A DNA stretch of 63,432 nucleotides, filler included, from Dimargaris cristalligena (Eukaryota): the NCBI GenBank assembly GCA_003614675.1. It is 5 parts of 5 records of this genome, joined end to end, with 100 filler letters (N's around TTAATTAATTAA, not from the genome) between each part and the next. Parts side by side here need not be neighbours in the genome. Positions count along the whole stretch, not along the records: positions 1 to 12,678 come from ML003033.1; positions 12,779 to 25,388 come from ML003035.1; 3 more parts are not named here. One strand, given 5' to 3'. A model generated the notes under the pieces. The model did not search any database, was not told the DNA's origin, and saw only the letters and a list, made by a program, of their open reading frames with translations. A program made the translations under genes and the position numbers. How positions within the stretch are numbered: the first letter of the stretch is position 1; each line of letters opens with the position of its first letter. Of this stretch, positions 1-13,526 are shown piece after piece.

Positions 1-65
1 AGGGTATTATTTCTATTATATTTTTATTTTATTACTATTTATGTTGCCCAACATCATAACATTTC

Positions 66-183
66 AGTTGTGGCCATATGCACCTGTTTGCACCGTATCC
101 CGTTAGATCTGCGAAGTTAAGTAGGTGTCAGCCAATTTAGTACTGAGGTGGGTGACCACTTGGGAATAGTTGGTGCTACAACT
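66..183 (+). rRNA. 5S: 5S rRNA gene (dispersed copy)
   Basis: About 118 nt. Terminal helix AGTTGTGGC/GCTACAACT, conserved GATCTGCGAAGTTAAG (box A region), TTAGTACT and GTGGGTGACCAC (box C region). Helix II (GCACCTG/TAGGTGT) can pair. Followed by T7. Confidence 0.93.
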
Positions 184-189
184 TTTTTT
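183..189 (+). terminator. RNA polymerase III oligo-T terminator of the 5S gene
   Basis: TTTTTTT directly at the 5S 3' end. Confidence 0.85.
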
Positions 190-1256
190 GCCGTTTTTCA
201 GAAATTTAGTTACTATGGCTACTATATAGATGCCCATAGCCATTCCCTTTTTAGCGTCCTACTTTTATAATTTTATTAACAATATTGGTGAATTATCCCT
301 ATCTGGATCCCACCTATACACCGTATGTGTATTTTCAATTACCAGAACCCCCAACCAGCATGTAGGTTTTGCGGTTGGGTTAAATATACCCTGTCTAATG
401 GTTCAATAAATTGTTTAGGAATGGTGAGAAGGGCTACAAGAAAGCAAGGTCCCAATTTACCAGTATCTGATAGTTTAGTGCACATTAATACTGGTTGGTT
501 TAAATTAATTCAGTAGCTGGTTATTTCCTGACTGCCTACTTCGAAACCTCCTATCCATAGCCCGAAAAAGCGACTGTATCACAGTATCAAAAAAACAACG
601 ATGGTTATCTCTTCAAGACGGTCTATAAATGTAAGCTTAAATATGGCCAGTGTAAATTTTATGAAAGGTTAAGTAGCCACACCCATATTGTTCCACGAGT
701 TATTTACAGTCATCTACCATTAAACCAACACATACTAGATGGTTTCAAGTTGCGTATCCTATGCATCTATCGATTATCAAACAGGGCTGAAGTAGCAGAG
801 TATTACATGTAATATACTTAATACTAAAGACTATTTTTAGATAAATGAGGAAAATAAAAAAATGTATGCTGTACACACTGTATAGTTTTAAGATCAAATT
901 AAGCGTAGAAAGATTGGGTAACGAAAGTGGGGAGGTCGGAGGGATCAGACATTGCAGTCCACTGTACTCGATTGAGCAGTAATCAATTATTAAGCTGTGG
1001 CGCGCCCATTCCAATCCTCCTAAAGAGCACATCATACATAAACGACAGTAAAAACAATAACAGTGATCCCATGGTGGTTTAAATTAATGAAATAAAAATA
1101 GAATAATAAAAAAGAGGGACTGGCAATATATATTGTAAGAAAACACTGAAAGAATTACTACTATCATTCCGAGGCTCATACACCCAACGGTAGTGCCATT
1201 CATAAAATATCTACGAGCATCTTAGCATAATGTAAAAAAAAATCACAGTCGCCGAA

Positions 1257-4200
1257 TTAGGCATCCATCGATGTGCCAGGCGCCGCAGCACTAGTGGTCA
1301 ATGGCGGAGCTGCGACATCGGAAGTGGGCGGAGGGGGAGCCGGTGTGGAGGTCGACGTAACCGTAGCACTACTACTGGTGGTGGTTTTACTGGCGGCTTT
1401 GGGTGGTCGCCCCCGCCCACCCGAAGTGGGCGTTTTGGGTTTACCCAGAGTGGTGAAAGGGACAGACTGCAGGGCAGCCAGCGGCCGTTTCACCAGCATG
1501 GGATGGCGGGGTTTGAAACCGTTGTAACGTTGCCGGACGGGTAAGGCATCGTCTTCCACGGCGGAACCTTTCGGGGGTAGGGGTATATCTGCCGAACCCC
1601 CCACCACGGTATTCCCCATCGGCACCGGGGCCGCTCCATTTCCGCCCTCACTGCCAAAGCCCCCCCCCTCCCGCGCCCCCTCCTCCTAGCCCCCCGGCCC
1701 CACCGGGACCACCACTACTACTACTGACACTGGGGCCCGGTCCCCCCGTCGCCGACCCCGTAATAGCAATGACGGTCGCCGCCACGTCCGGAGCAATCCG
1801 GATTTTCTTGTCCAACAACGGCCGTAGTAACCCAATCTGCGCCCGTACATTACTCTCCGAAATGGGCGGGAACGGCGTTTTGGGTACCCGGTAGGGCAAT
1901 TTATGGCTCCGCCGTTTCCGTTTTTGCCGAACGCCGATGGGTTTGGGTCGGTAGTCAGCGCCGAACAAGAGCCGGTTGGGTAACTTGAGGGTTTTGGCCC
2001 CATACTCGTTGTCCAGACCCAGTTCTTTGAAGCCGAAAAAATCTTCGGTTTCCAAAGTGTCGCCGAAATCGCCGATCATGAGGGCATCGGCATCGGCATC
2101 GAAATCAATATCTTCGTCCGCCCCCGGCCCTCCGGATCCACCCATGGCCCGGCGTTTACGGGGGGTTCCCCCCGTCGTTTGCCGACCGTCGCCTCCGCTA
2201 GGGTAATCACCGTCACTGTCGCTACCCGAATCTGACCCATCCGTAAACTCGCCCTCCTCCTCCTCGGACTCTTGATCCACCACCCGTATGTACGCGTTTT
2301 CGAGCTTACGTTTCAAATCGGTGAGTTTGGGACCGAATTTCTCGAATTCGTCCCGAATATAGGCGTCTAGTTCGGTGACGGACTCGAGCCCGTTTTCGAA
2401 GAGGGTATGCTGGAGAATTTCGAGGCCGCTCATGCGGCGGCCGTATTTATCGCAGTAGAGACGCATGGTACGGCCGATATTGAGGAGACAGTTGACAGCC
2501 AAGTCAGTAATGACCGAAACGGCCTGTTCTTGGAGGTCTTCATAGCCAATGTGCGAGGATAGCGTAGTCACCACGCGGACCATCATGTGATAGGCAGTGG
2601 CCCGGTTAAGCTGCAGGGGGGGGAGGACATCGGGCGGGGCCGAAGGAGCTGATGCTAAGGGAGCAATAGAAGCCGGAAATGTTGACAAGGTGGGCGGGGG
2701 ACCAAATGGTAGCGGTGGCTGATTACCCAGGGGCGCTTGGGAACCGGGCACGGTCCAGGGCCAGGCGGAACTGAAGGCGGGATTTTGGCCCATTACCGGC
2801 GGTGGGGGTGGGGCAGCAGTTAATATAGGCCCCCGAGGCAGAGCCGAGAGTGCGCCGAATCCACCCCAACTTGGTTTAGTATCGACGACACAAAAGCCGT
2901 TGCGGGCACTAAGACCCACTAGAGCCGGATCACTGGATCCCCCGGTGGGCCCCATGGAGGTACCATCTTCCTCGTCCGCCGTTTTACCCGTAATAAGTCC
3001 GATGGGATAGTTGGCCCGCGTGGCCCAAATCTTAGCATCGATTTCCCGGATTTCTTTGAAGGCGTGTATATTAGCGAATAACCGGTGGCAAATGTTTCCC
3101 TGGGTGGGAATAAGGGCCGCCGGGTAGCGGGAGAGGGGGATTTCAGGGGGATTGACGTAGCCCTCGGGAACAAATGCGGGGGGTAGGATGACGGTCCCCA
3201 TATGGGGAAGAGAGGGAGTGGAAACAGAAGCGGCCAGGGGGTCGATTGATGCAGGTCCAGCGGCATGGGCGTTGTGAATTTTACCCAAGTTCGGTAGCGC
3301 AGTGTACGGGTTGAGTAACTCGGAGATACCACTCTCCGGCTCGTACTCGGGCAGGAAATCCACGGGAGGGACATTGGATTCGGGATAAGAGTTCAAGACA
3401 CTGCCCCCCGATCCATTCATGTTGGGTCCACCTTCAAACGGGGGTCCCGCCGTGGTATGGCATTTGAGGTTACTATGGTTAAACCGATTCATGGTCATAG
3501 GCGATGATTTTACCGGATTTACCGACCATGGTGGAAGGGGAGTAGTTTGCCGAAACCCATTAGCCTGCATTGAGCTGGCGGTGGGAGCCGTGTTACCCGG
3601 GGTAGGGACCGTAGTCCCCCAAGGGATGGGTGAAAAGTGGCCACCTAGGCCCGTTGAGCAGCCGCTATTGAGAGGCGGTGGTACAGCCTCATCTGGTTCG
3701 GGTTGGGTTATGCTGACGAGCTGATTATCATCCCACCGCACGGTTTCGTATTGAACATGGACGTTCTGCGCAAACATCCCCATGGCCCTCGGGAGGCGTT
3801 GTCGGGCCGGCCAATCAGCAAACGACCCCATAGCCTCGGCGGCATCGGTCCGTTGGACGGCATCGGCCCGATAGGGATCGGTTTTGAGGTTCCAGAGTAG
3901 CGTTTGGGGGTGTTCCGTTTCGACCGGGTCGGGCTGGGGAGCGGTGGTATCCGCCCTGGCCTCGGATGGTTCGACATCGCCCTCTACCGCGGAAGCCACC
4001 AGCGCTCCTCCTCCTCCTCCCCCACCGGGGATCGGCGTCCCGGACACCCCCGCAGCGGCTGCGGAAGTACTACTCATGCCCGTATTACGCCGCCCCCGTT
4101 GGGGGGTCGAGTTCCGGCTCGGCGAAGTGTCTAGTGCCCCCAAGGTATCGTTCATCAATCGATGGGCCGGTGGATTCGTTCCAGCGGGGGCCGCGGTTCC

Positions 4201-6215
4201 AGGGGTGGTTGCTTCCGGGGCGCTGGCCAAGGCCGTTGCCCCATTGGGCCGAGGGGTATGGAGGGACCGTTCGCTGTCGCTCGCGTAATGACGGTCCCCG
4301 TCAATATCCATGGTGGCGTCCTCCTCAGCCTCCACCTCGGCCCGGTCCCGGACGGTAATATCGGGGACCGACTTGAGCAAGGCGTCGGCCTTCCGCTGGA
4401 GATAGCTGGCGTGTTTCCGGTAGGTACTGGCCGGGTCCGAATTGTAGGTGAAACAGTTTTTGTAAATCAGGTCCAGGTCATGCACGAAGGCGGCCTTGCT
4501 GGGGTATTGGAGGTTCTTGAGCTTTTTGGACATCGTGCCCAGGTCCATCGGATACTTGATCACCTCGTAGTAGTCGGGCGCGTCCCGCCGACTGACTTTG
4601 ACCAAAAAGGGCTGGGCGTGCTCGCCGTAGTGCTTGAGGTCTTGGAGGGTTTTCTCGAGACCCTCGTAGAGCTCCTCCTGCCCTACCCGTTCGTCGTTGG
4701 CCCACTTAGACCGATGGGTACGCAGGTCCGTTAATAAATAGCGCAGCTCCCGGTCGGATACCCCTAGGGATTTACGCTGACTATCGATGGCGTGGAAAAG
4801 GTGCTTGAGGTGAGGGTTGTTGCGACTAACGTTGGCAATGACCGAGTCATGAAACACGTCCGTCGGGGATAGAAGGTCGCTCGCCTTGTCGGTAAGGGTG
4901 GCGGATGGGCAGCCGTCCCCGTCTGGGCCATCCATTGTATTATCCCCCGCGTGGGCCAGCAGTTCGGCCTGGGCGCGTTCCTCCTGTCGCCGGCGGTACT
5001 CGTCGGAGATCTGGAGATCCGACTCTAGAGTATGGAAAATGGCATTAAATGGTATCCGGAATTCTTCGGTACTGGCCTCGATGGGTTGGTCCACTTCCTT
5101 CGGACCGGCCTCGTCAAACCCGTTTCCGATGGCTCTAAACGTAGGTAGTAAGGTATTAGGACCCTCCAACTTGATTGATGGGACAGTTGGCAGTGGGGGC
5201 AGTCCATTGGAAATTCCATGGGTAGTGGGTAATAGATTGGTTGTGGCTGAACTAGTAGATACAGGGCCATTATAACTACCATCGTCATTGTCATAGTCAT
5301 CATCATCGTCATCCCCGGCGCCTATACCGGAGTGACCGCCAAAGGACGAGCCATTAAAACCATGGCCAAATGGGGCTGGATTGGTCGCTAGGGTAGGTGC
5401 TGAATTACCGAAAAGACCCGGCTGTGCGGTGGAATCGGTCTGGCCCAGAAAGCTATGAAGGGAGGTAGGTTGGCTGTCCGGCGGATCAGTTAAATATGCA
5501 GGTGCTGGATCGGGTTGGGCCTCGGGGGACGGAAAAAAAGGGTCAATACTGGGGGCGGAACACGCGCAATCAGAGGGATAGAGTAGAGGTATCATTTGTT
5601 CAAAAATCATATTGCGGGCCCGGAATGCGGTTTGGACGTGCGTACAAAGTCCCTTGGGAGACGAGACGGCTAAAGATGGTATACCAGGCCAAATATATAT
5701 TCGTAGGGTAGGGGTTAGTGCATATTTGGGGTGCAGCAGTCTAAAAACGACACCAGCCTGTGGCAATAACTGGCCAGTACTAGGTGAATGGTAATTGAAA
5801 CCAACACCGGTAAACTGGTTCCTCTTGATAGACATCGGTCGGGTGACTATTATACTCGAGTTCAGCCTTGGCTGGATATATTATTATTATTATTGAAAAA
5901 ATAAAATAAAAAACATCGAAGGTACTTACTGGGCTCAATGAAGTCACTCGTTGTATCTCCGGTGGGGGCAGCCTCGGGAACTTGCGTACAGGGGCAGTTG
6001 CGCGGCTCATTCTGTAGTAGCGCCTGGAGGGCGGTTGGGGAATCGACAGCCTCCTGAAAATTGCGGTATTCTTGGGGGTAGAGATGGGTCTGAAAGGAGC
6101 CGGAGTGTTTGAGCTGCCGGGCGACGTGGAATTCCCATTGTGACCAAGGGCTGCTCTCGCCTTCGGCCGGTTCGTGACGAGTCATGGAGCTGTTTGGGTA
6201 TAAGGTATCCCGCAT
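1257..6215 (-). CDS. SPT7: SAGA complex subunit Spt7 (bromodomain + histone fold). Model: exon 6215-5930, intron 5929-5670, exon 5669-~1660, apparent frameshift at a G9 run, then ~1659-1257
   Basis: Spt7-type SKWANDERVGQEELYE motif, then a bromodomain (AQPFLVKVSRRDAPDYYEVIKYPMDLGTM...NCFTYN). C-terminal histone fold (IGRTMRLY...ILQHTLFENG) and IGDFGD...EDFFGFKELGLD motif. The GTAAGT donor and CTAAC...TTAG acceptor are phase-compatible. Confidence 0.93.
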
Positions 6216-7997
6216 GGGAACAGAGGTGGGGGATTGTACGGGCTGCTCAGGCGATTGAAGGAGAGAGAGAGAGAGAAACGGGAGTGGGCTATAAAAAAAC
6301 GAGGTGATTCAACGCAATTCAATTCAGTTTAATTGGCACTCTAGAAGACACGGCGAACAAGGTCTGCGATTCAGGTAGGATGGCTAAGCTCGGCCAGCTG
6401 GAGTCAAAGGCGGCAATGTCTCGCAAATTAAAGTCGTGTAGTGGAAAAATAGCGCGTATGTCGCAGGGAGTTTAAGTCGGATAAATAAATAGGTAGGTCA
6501 AAAGACAGCGGAAGCTCGAAACAATTGACTTGGCAACAAAACAAGGGCGATGCAGCAGCGATAGACGGAAATATGGACCATGGAGGTTAAGAAAACGTGG
6601 GGAAAAGTATAAAGACCACTGACAATGTGTAAGGAAAGCCGGAAGATGCACGCGTTGAAGTAATACACCAAGGCCAATGGGAGCCACTGATTCAAAAAGC
6701 AAGAGAATCGGCCAAAAGACGGGGAGGAGTGAGTAGATAGGCCAGGATAAAAGCAGCAGTGGCTCTCGATTGCCCAAATTGCGAATAGGTGGCGGAGCTC
6801 GGCCAAATAATCCAGGGAAATGTGCAGTCAAGTTATCAAGACTGTATTGAAACGCCCCAAGGCCACGGACTTCTTGCCGGCCAAGGGACTGGGAAACTAA
6901 ACAAAAAGCCCGTTCGGGTAGTATTGTTCGGCCGAAGTGACTGAGATAGGCTGGTACTATAGTTCGTAACCAGGACAAGTTGGGGCGGTATTTGGAATGC
7001 GCCCAGCCCACGACGGTTGAAAGGGTCAACCTTGCCAGTTGGTAGTCCGCCAGCCCAGCTATTTATGTCAGCGAGGTAGCGCTTCGGAGGGTGTTTTCGG
7101 CAGCGGTGGTTCGGAGAATTGGGGGCACCACCCAAGCGGGCGGCACAGGTCATGTTGCCCGAAATCTTATCATTGAGTGGTTGGTCGGCTGTTTTTGGCT
7201 GTGAGTGATCGAATGTTTTGGTAGTTGGTAGCGGCCAGGATTTAGGGGAAGATCCGGTATTAAGCGAAATAGCGCCGCTTAGGGAGCCCGTAGGCCTGGC
7301 CAGCTACATCCCTGGAATAGGTTATATTCGGGAAGATATTCCGCGGTTTAGGTTGAGCTTAGTTTGAAGAAGCATTGTCCTATTCCATCTGTTTCATCGT
7401 GTACCCGTTCGTCGCTGTGGAATATACCATAGATGGTTGCAACTAGGCGGGCCTTGTGACCCTGAGGACGACCGTCGGAAGATATCCGGAGACGACTCTC
7501 TAATATATACTAAAGTACGATGTATCCATTGGAGTGGGGGTTAATATTTATATATTAAAACACCACCACAGAGAGGCTTGTATTGGGGGACTCGGATAGC
7601 ATGGCAGCAAGACAAGTTGTTGGGCCCACAGGGCCGGTTTCCCACCTTGCTGGAATATTATTTATACCCGCCTCTTTCCGTCCCGCTCGTTGCATTAGTT
7701 CCCATTAGCCAACCCCATTCATTCCTACTCCGACTTGATTGGCACCCACCATCTGCTTGTCTCTTGTATAAAACCCCCTTTTCCTTAGTTTTACTCTTCC
7801 TGTTCTAGAGTCCCCTTCACTTCAGCCCTCGGCCAGCCTAACCCTTGACCGGTTCGTTTTTTTAGTCCACCCTATTCGCCAGCACCCACCCATCCAGAAA
7901 GCCTTGCATTGCAAATCTCACCCCATTCCCAGCTCTTCCCAATTTCCGGACCGTGGAATAACCCCCCATTCCCCGCTTAGCTGGCTCCTCAGCCACC

Positions 7998-9353
7998 ATG
8001 GGTCTTCGCCACCGCTTTCTCCCCGTGTTTCGTCGCAACCACCTGGTAAGTACCCAAGGCGACTCTAGTCTAGGCCTTATTGGACCCCGCTCCTAGTGGT
8101 AGAGAGGAGGTACCGCTTTGGGTTTCCATTCAAGGTGACCCTTGTTTGCGCGTCAAAAAACCGGGGTTCGTCGGGGGAAAAATCCCAGCCACTACTGTGG
8201 GCAGTTCGCCAGCCACAGTGGTACTGACCCAGGGTGGGCACACTCCATCCCCCCTCTCCACACCAACTGATCATTAACCACAGTCATCTCGATGCGTCTC
8301 CCAATCTCTGTCAACCTACATCAACTGGTATCTTTCCCGTTTCCCTGCGGCTCAGGCAACAACATCGGGGTATAGCTTGTCTAATATCGACGTGGCCCGG
8401 GATCGCGAAGAAGAGGACGAGGAGGAAGAGCCCCAGGGCACCGAACGCTATGACGTGATTTACGAGAACCAGCGCGGCCTCTATTTTTTCGGGATCCCCA
8501 AATTCAATAGCAAACTTCTGTTTCCTGCCGATCCGCCCGCTTGGTACGATGGCTATAACTTTGCACTCGCCGATATCCACTCCTACCAGCTACCCGACCC
8601 CAGCTGGGAATGGGCCTACGACCACTGGTGTGTCGACATGTCGGACGACGTAGATGAGGAGGGCTGGCAATATTCCTTTAGCTTCGGTCGGCCGTGGTGG
8701 CATGGTAAGTCGCTTAATATAACCCCTCCCTCCCATGCTTAACTCCCGTGTATCCATTGTCCACGGGTTTCCCTTGCCCGAACCAGGCAATCCCTTTTAT
8801 CCGTACTAACCCACAGTAATTCCCCCGCTGGACCGCCATTCGTCTTCCGAAAATATCCCCTTTTTCCTCAACAGGTTCACACAGTGTCTGGAAATCTTTT
8901 GTCCGGAGACGGCGCTGGATTCGGCTTCGGCGCAAGCATGGCCGCATTGGCCTTTCGATTCATCCCACCCCAGACCTGGCCCGGTCCAACCGTTCGTCCG
9001 CATCGCAGGCCGAAATACCCCCGACCGACCTCTTACGTCAACTCCAACAGGTCAAAACCGACCGGCAGCGACTCGACATTATTTGTGATTGGGTCCAATC
9101 AGACGAAGGGGCCATGATGGTAGAGGCCCACATTCCCCATATTCTCCAAAGTCTTGAGTACGAGACTAGTCGGCTCCAATGCATTCAAATGTTGGAGGAG
9201 TTCGAGTTGGCGCCGGGTCGGTTTAAATACGATATTGAACCCCCGGCCTTCTTTTCCGACCGGAAACAGCTGGACGGGCTATTAGACCCGACTCCGCCGG
9301 CCAGTCGAGTCCCCACCTACCGGCATCCTTCTACCCAGCCTCGTTATCCATAG
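7998..9353 (+). CDS. Dysferlin (DysF)/Pex23-family protein, Spo73/Mug65-like. Exons 7998-8045, 8356-8704, 8875-9353
   Basis: YENQRGLYFFGIPKF...DPPAW, LPDPSWEW...W.VDMSDDVDEEGWQYSFSF and, after splicing, WHGSHSVWKSFVRRRRWIRLR are DysF hallmarks. Both introns are GTAAGT...CAG and keep frame. Confidence 0.88.
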
Positions 9354-11811
9354 GCATCCTCCCCACCCTATTCCTGTATACCATCCCTTGCACTAATGCT
9401 CGATTTTCTTTCGTAAAGCAATGATAAGCAACCATTTCAATGCTACCCTGTCCATGGATAAACCCGCCATACCAGGCCTAGTCTACTCTAAGTCCTTGTT
9501 GGGTACTTTAAACCGCCGAGATTTCCCATGCACTTTTATTACCCACCGCTGGGGTTCGGTTAAAAATGAAATCAAAATGAATTACTGTGCTTTTTAAATT
9601 ATAATTTTGCCAAAATTGAGCGATCATTCATGTTGTGGTTGCTTTTAGCATTGCTTTTTGTAGTTGAGGTTCTTATGGTTTATGACACACCAATCTGTTT
9701 CATCACGTACAATCCTATGCACATCAAAGTGTCGTCAATATTTCATCCAACAAAACCCAATTATATTTACTATACGTATTTTGAACTCTTTATTATATTA
9801 AATTAATCAGTGTCCATATTAAAATGATGAAAATGAGTAGGCCAAATGAATATTCTTGCCTGAGGATGATTTGGCCGGGGACCAGAGTAACCAAGGGCCT
9901 GGCTACTTAGAAATTCTAGTTATTGACGAATGGTATCCCTGTCTATTAGCATTGACGACTCTTTCCTACGAAGTTCCTATCCTCGTCAACCAGGCATATC
10001 AAGTATGGTATCGCCCCACCGTTTTGACAATGTTACCTCAGCCCATATATTGTAGAATCCGAACCAACTAAATATAATGGGGGCTCTGCTAACATGTAAA
10101 TAATTAAGTATTTTACTAGTACTCCTATTGCAACTCCATCACTTCATTTAGATTTACACTACCGCATATTCCCTCAATAAAACGCCCACTTTATTCATAA
10201 TGTTGATATATAAAAAATGATAATCTCGAAATAAAACGTCAGTGAGTAGACCGCAAATGGCCACATATATGGTTGAGTGTAATTATCCTCACGGCCTATT
10301 GGTCTACCCCAGCCGTACTACCAACTTTTACCAAGGCAATGGAGAAGTGCCTCGACCGGTCCATACACATACCCATGTATAAGCCCAAGATGCTCTTATA
10401 TTGGCAGTTCGGGTCTTACATCATCAACCGGGCAAATGTTGATAATACAGTTAGTAAAACACTAACAGGCCGCGTGAATAATCACCGTTAAACATATACG
10501 GGCACAGTCGCGATCTACCCATGGAAGATTTATTTCGAGACCACACTTGCGATCAATACCGAGTTTCGGTTTACCGTTATGCAGGAGGTCTATGGTGATA
10601 GCACACCGACCGATTTAACAATGGGGATCACTACAAATGTGGTGTCTGCTAACAAAAAAAATTGTTAGTGACATTAAAAGTACCAAATGCAAGTCCGCTC
10701 ACATCGTGTTCTTTTCCCGTCTGTAGGCTGCTAGCCAATATTCCGCGTAGCGTATCCATTGTGTTTTAGATGGTCACAATTGCCTGTCCGAATGTACCCG
10801 ATACGAAATTGTTGGAGTCAAGACCACGAATGTGCTGTTCTTGTACTCGGCAGCCTCGACGATGCAACCAATGGTGAAGACAGTTTCACCCAGCGTACGA
10901 CGACAACGAAAAGCGATTTTTAAAAAGCAAGTTAAAAATTGGAATATCGGGAAATATTATAGATCCTGACAATGCACCAAAATAATAACGTACTGGAATA
11001 GAGGAACCCAAACGCGGATGTCCAAGAACAGAGTGAATATATCCCAATAGGTTGTTCCCGGATACGTATTGGACATTGTAAGCTGTGAGGGGGCTCAGGG
11101 TAGGCGGGGCACAGAGGGTGAAGCGGTGTCCTGCCACTGGTAATGTCAGGCAGGACACTAATAATTATCCGGAAAGGACACTAAAACACTTGAAAGTATA
11201 CTCAGTGAGGAAAGTTGTTTCACCAGAGATGAAGATATGTGGTTATTGACATTTATTCATAGACCAGAAAAGCCACTGGTATTTATACAGCGACAGTGGG
11301 TATGGGGATTATAGCAAGGCATCTAAGGTCGGCAATGGGGGCCAAAGGTCGGTTTTGATAGATACCACTATGAACTGCCACAGTATTAGGAATCATCAGG
11401 CATACTGAACCACTGCTGGGGTGCTGACATCAATTGGAAGAGGATTAAACAGACACCAAACCTGTATTGGCTAGGTTGGGCTCACAACTAATTTGGTCTG
11501 TAATATATATTGTGAACAGCAGCAAAGCTTCTAGGAAGAAAATGTAAACCAAAACAGTAAAGACTTTTCATTCCCCATACCTACTGACTCTCACTACTCA
11601 AGGATGTCCAGCTGTAGCAGGTCACAATGACCATTGTGCACCCCTTCCTCCCATTGGTGTCTAAGCAGTGACTTTACATGATCCAGATGGGAAAGACCTT
11701 TTTGTCACCAATGCTAAGCCTACACCTGTGTCTACCAGTGGACCAGTGGAAGTATATTAATAAAAAGGGCAGCATTGGGGAAGTCTAGTATTTATTAATT
11801 TTATCACATAC

Positions 11812-12392
11812 TGTTGCCCAGGTTAACCACTCTTAGTCCTTCAAGAGTCCTGAGGATAGGCTTCCAATGGTAGGCAGGGCTTAGGCTCAGCCAAGCAGGC
11901 TATTAGTATCAGGTACAGGCATAGTACTAACTAATAAAGGCTAAGTATAGGTATAGGCAAGGGATATGCAGTGGGCACACTTACTAGTCAGTATGAGGGA
12001 AGTGAGTGTATATAGAGTTTATTGGGGTAAATTAGGGGTAAGGATAAGCTAAGGAATCTAACTAGTCCTAATGGGACTTGGTTATATATATGCAGGGGTA
12101 ACTCCAGAGGGAGGTTCCAAGGGAAGAATACTACTAAAGCTAGGGGATAGGTAAATAGGCCAACTAGATGGCCACTAGTATCCAGAAAACTCTGATGGTA
12201 ACTGGAAGAGTCTTTAGATTAGCACTTGAGTGATTAGTACAAAGAGGTAGAGTCCAAAAAGAGAAGGGTTATATGATATAAGATGATCCCATAGTACTGG
12301 GGGTAATTATGGGAAGGTTAATATGGCACTATAAGGCCTAATAGGGATAGACACTAAGGCATCCAGATTAAGGAGGATTAAGTAGTCTAACA
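11812..12392 (-). mobile_element. Solo LTR, family A copy 1 (~580 bp)
   Basis: TG...CA termini. Homologous to 38748-39296 (same orientation) and 54341-55063 (inverted). TATA-like and AATAAA signals read on the minus strand. Essentially CpG-free. No clear TSD. Confidence 0.8.
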
Positions 12393-12442
12393 GGTAGGTA
12401 GTAAGGAGCTATATATTCAGGATGGAAGTTCAAAAAAAAAAG

Positions 12443-12678
12443 GTGAGGTATCTATCAGACTATCTAATCTGCCTTAATCCAGACATATTAGTATATGTCT
12501 GTAAAGAACTGAACTCAAATCCTTGAAAACTGAACTTTATTTGAAAAGATAGATAATAAAAGGGAAAGGTGATGATAGACTTGCTGTTCCAAGAGGTGGC
12601 AGCAAGGGGGAGTATTTATACTTGAAAGAGGAAGCCTAAATGAAAAGATAGATGAATAATAGAGAAAGGGAGAGAAGG
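12443..12678 (-). mobile_element. Possible second LTR/retroelement end fragment running into the gap
   Basis: On the minus strand: TATAAATA, then AATAAA, then ...CCTCA followed by a T10 run. CpG-free. No second copy in the window. Confidence 0.3.
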
Positions 12679-13526
12679 NNNNNNNNNNNNNNNNNNNNNN
12701 NNNNNNNNNNNNNNNNNNNNNNTTAATTAATTAANNNNNNNNNNNNNNNNNNNNNNNNNNNNNNNNNNNNNNNNNNNNCTAATTACCTATATATGGACAG
12801 TGGTTTCAATTAAAAGAGTAAAAATAAATAGGATAATGCCAAATACTACTATAGCCGTTTGGCTATATCATAATACTTTCTTGTTGTGCAACAGTGAGAA
12901 AATACTGAAAATGAAAGTTTAAATAGTAATAAACATCTGGTAAAAATCGGCAAAAGAATCAGTTATCTTAAAGGCAAGAACCAGGGTGTCAAAGTCTGCT
13001 TTATTAGTGATGGGTGATTACCCCCTTATTTATATGTCGGGAAATAAATCAGGGGGTTAGGGTATTTAAGGGTGGCGGAAAGTAGTAGCTGGTCTTAATA
13101 CCATTATTGGAATAACTACTGGTGGTCCTGGGTCACTTGATGTTATTGGCTGGGAATGTTGGGGACGTTGGTGGCATTGCTGGTTTTGATTGAGTTTCAA
13201 ATGAGTTTGTTCTAATAAACTCGGTGGCTTAGCTATTGGGGAGGTCATGGGAACATTCAGTACTTGTGGGTTGGGGATTCTTGCAGGACGACTGGGGGAA
13301 TCACCAGACCGGTCCTGAGGACGTCCTGGTGACCTGGGCCTGGGAATTAGTGCCACCAAAGTTTGTGGTTCTTAGGGAGGTGGCACAGCATGTTCCACCC
13401 ACTTTTTTCAGCTTTTATAAGAGACCCTTAGCTATTCCCCCCCTCCCTGCCCATCTGCGACCTCAATGGCCCCATCCATCCATCCAAAACCCTGACTACC
13501 CATCCCCTTATACTCACAATACATTG

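Noticed and set aside
6472-7029. 185-codon minus-strand ORF upstream of SPT7, with a 9-bp stem (GAGCCACTG/CAGTGGCTC)
   Set aside because: Non-ATG start, no recognisable domain or ncRNA motif. More likely leader or intergenic sequence.
10246-10668. Plus-strand frame with a signal-peptide-like start and one internal TAA
   Set aside because: No in-frame ATG at the start and no homology I can recognise. Too weak to call a pseudogene.
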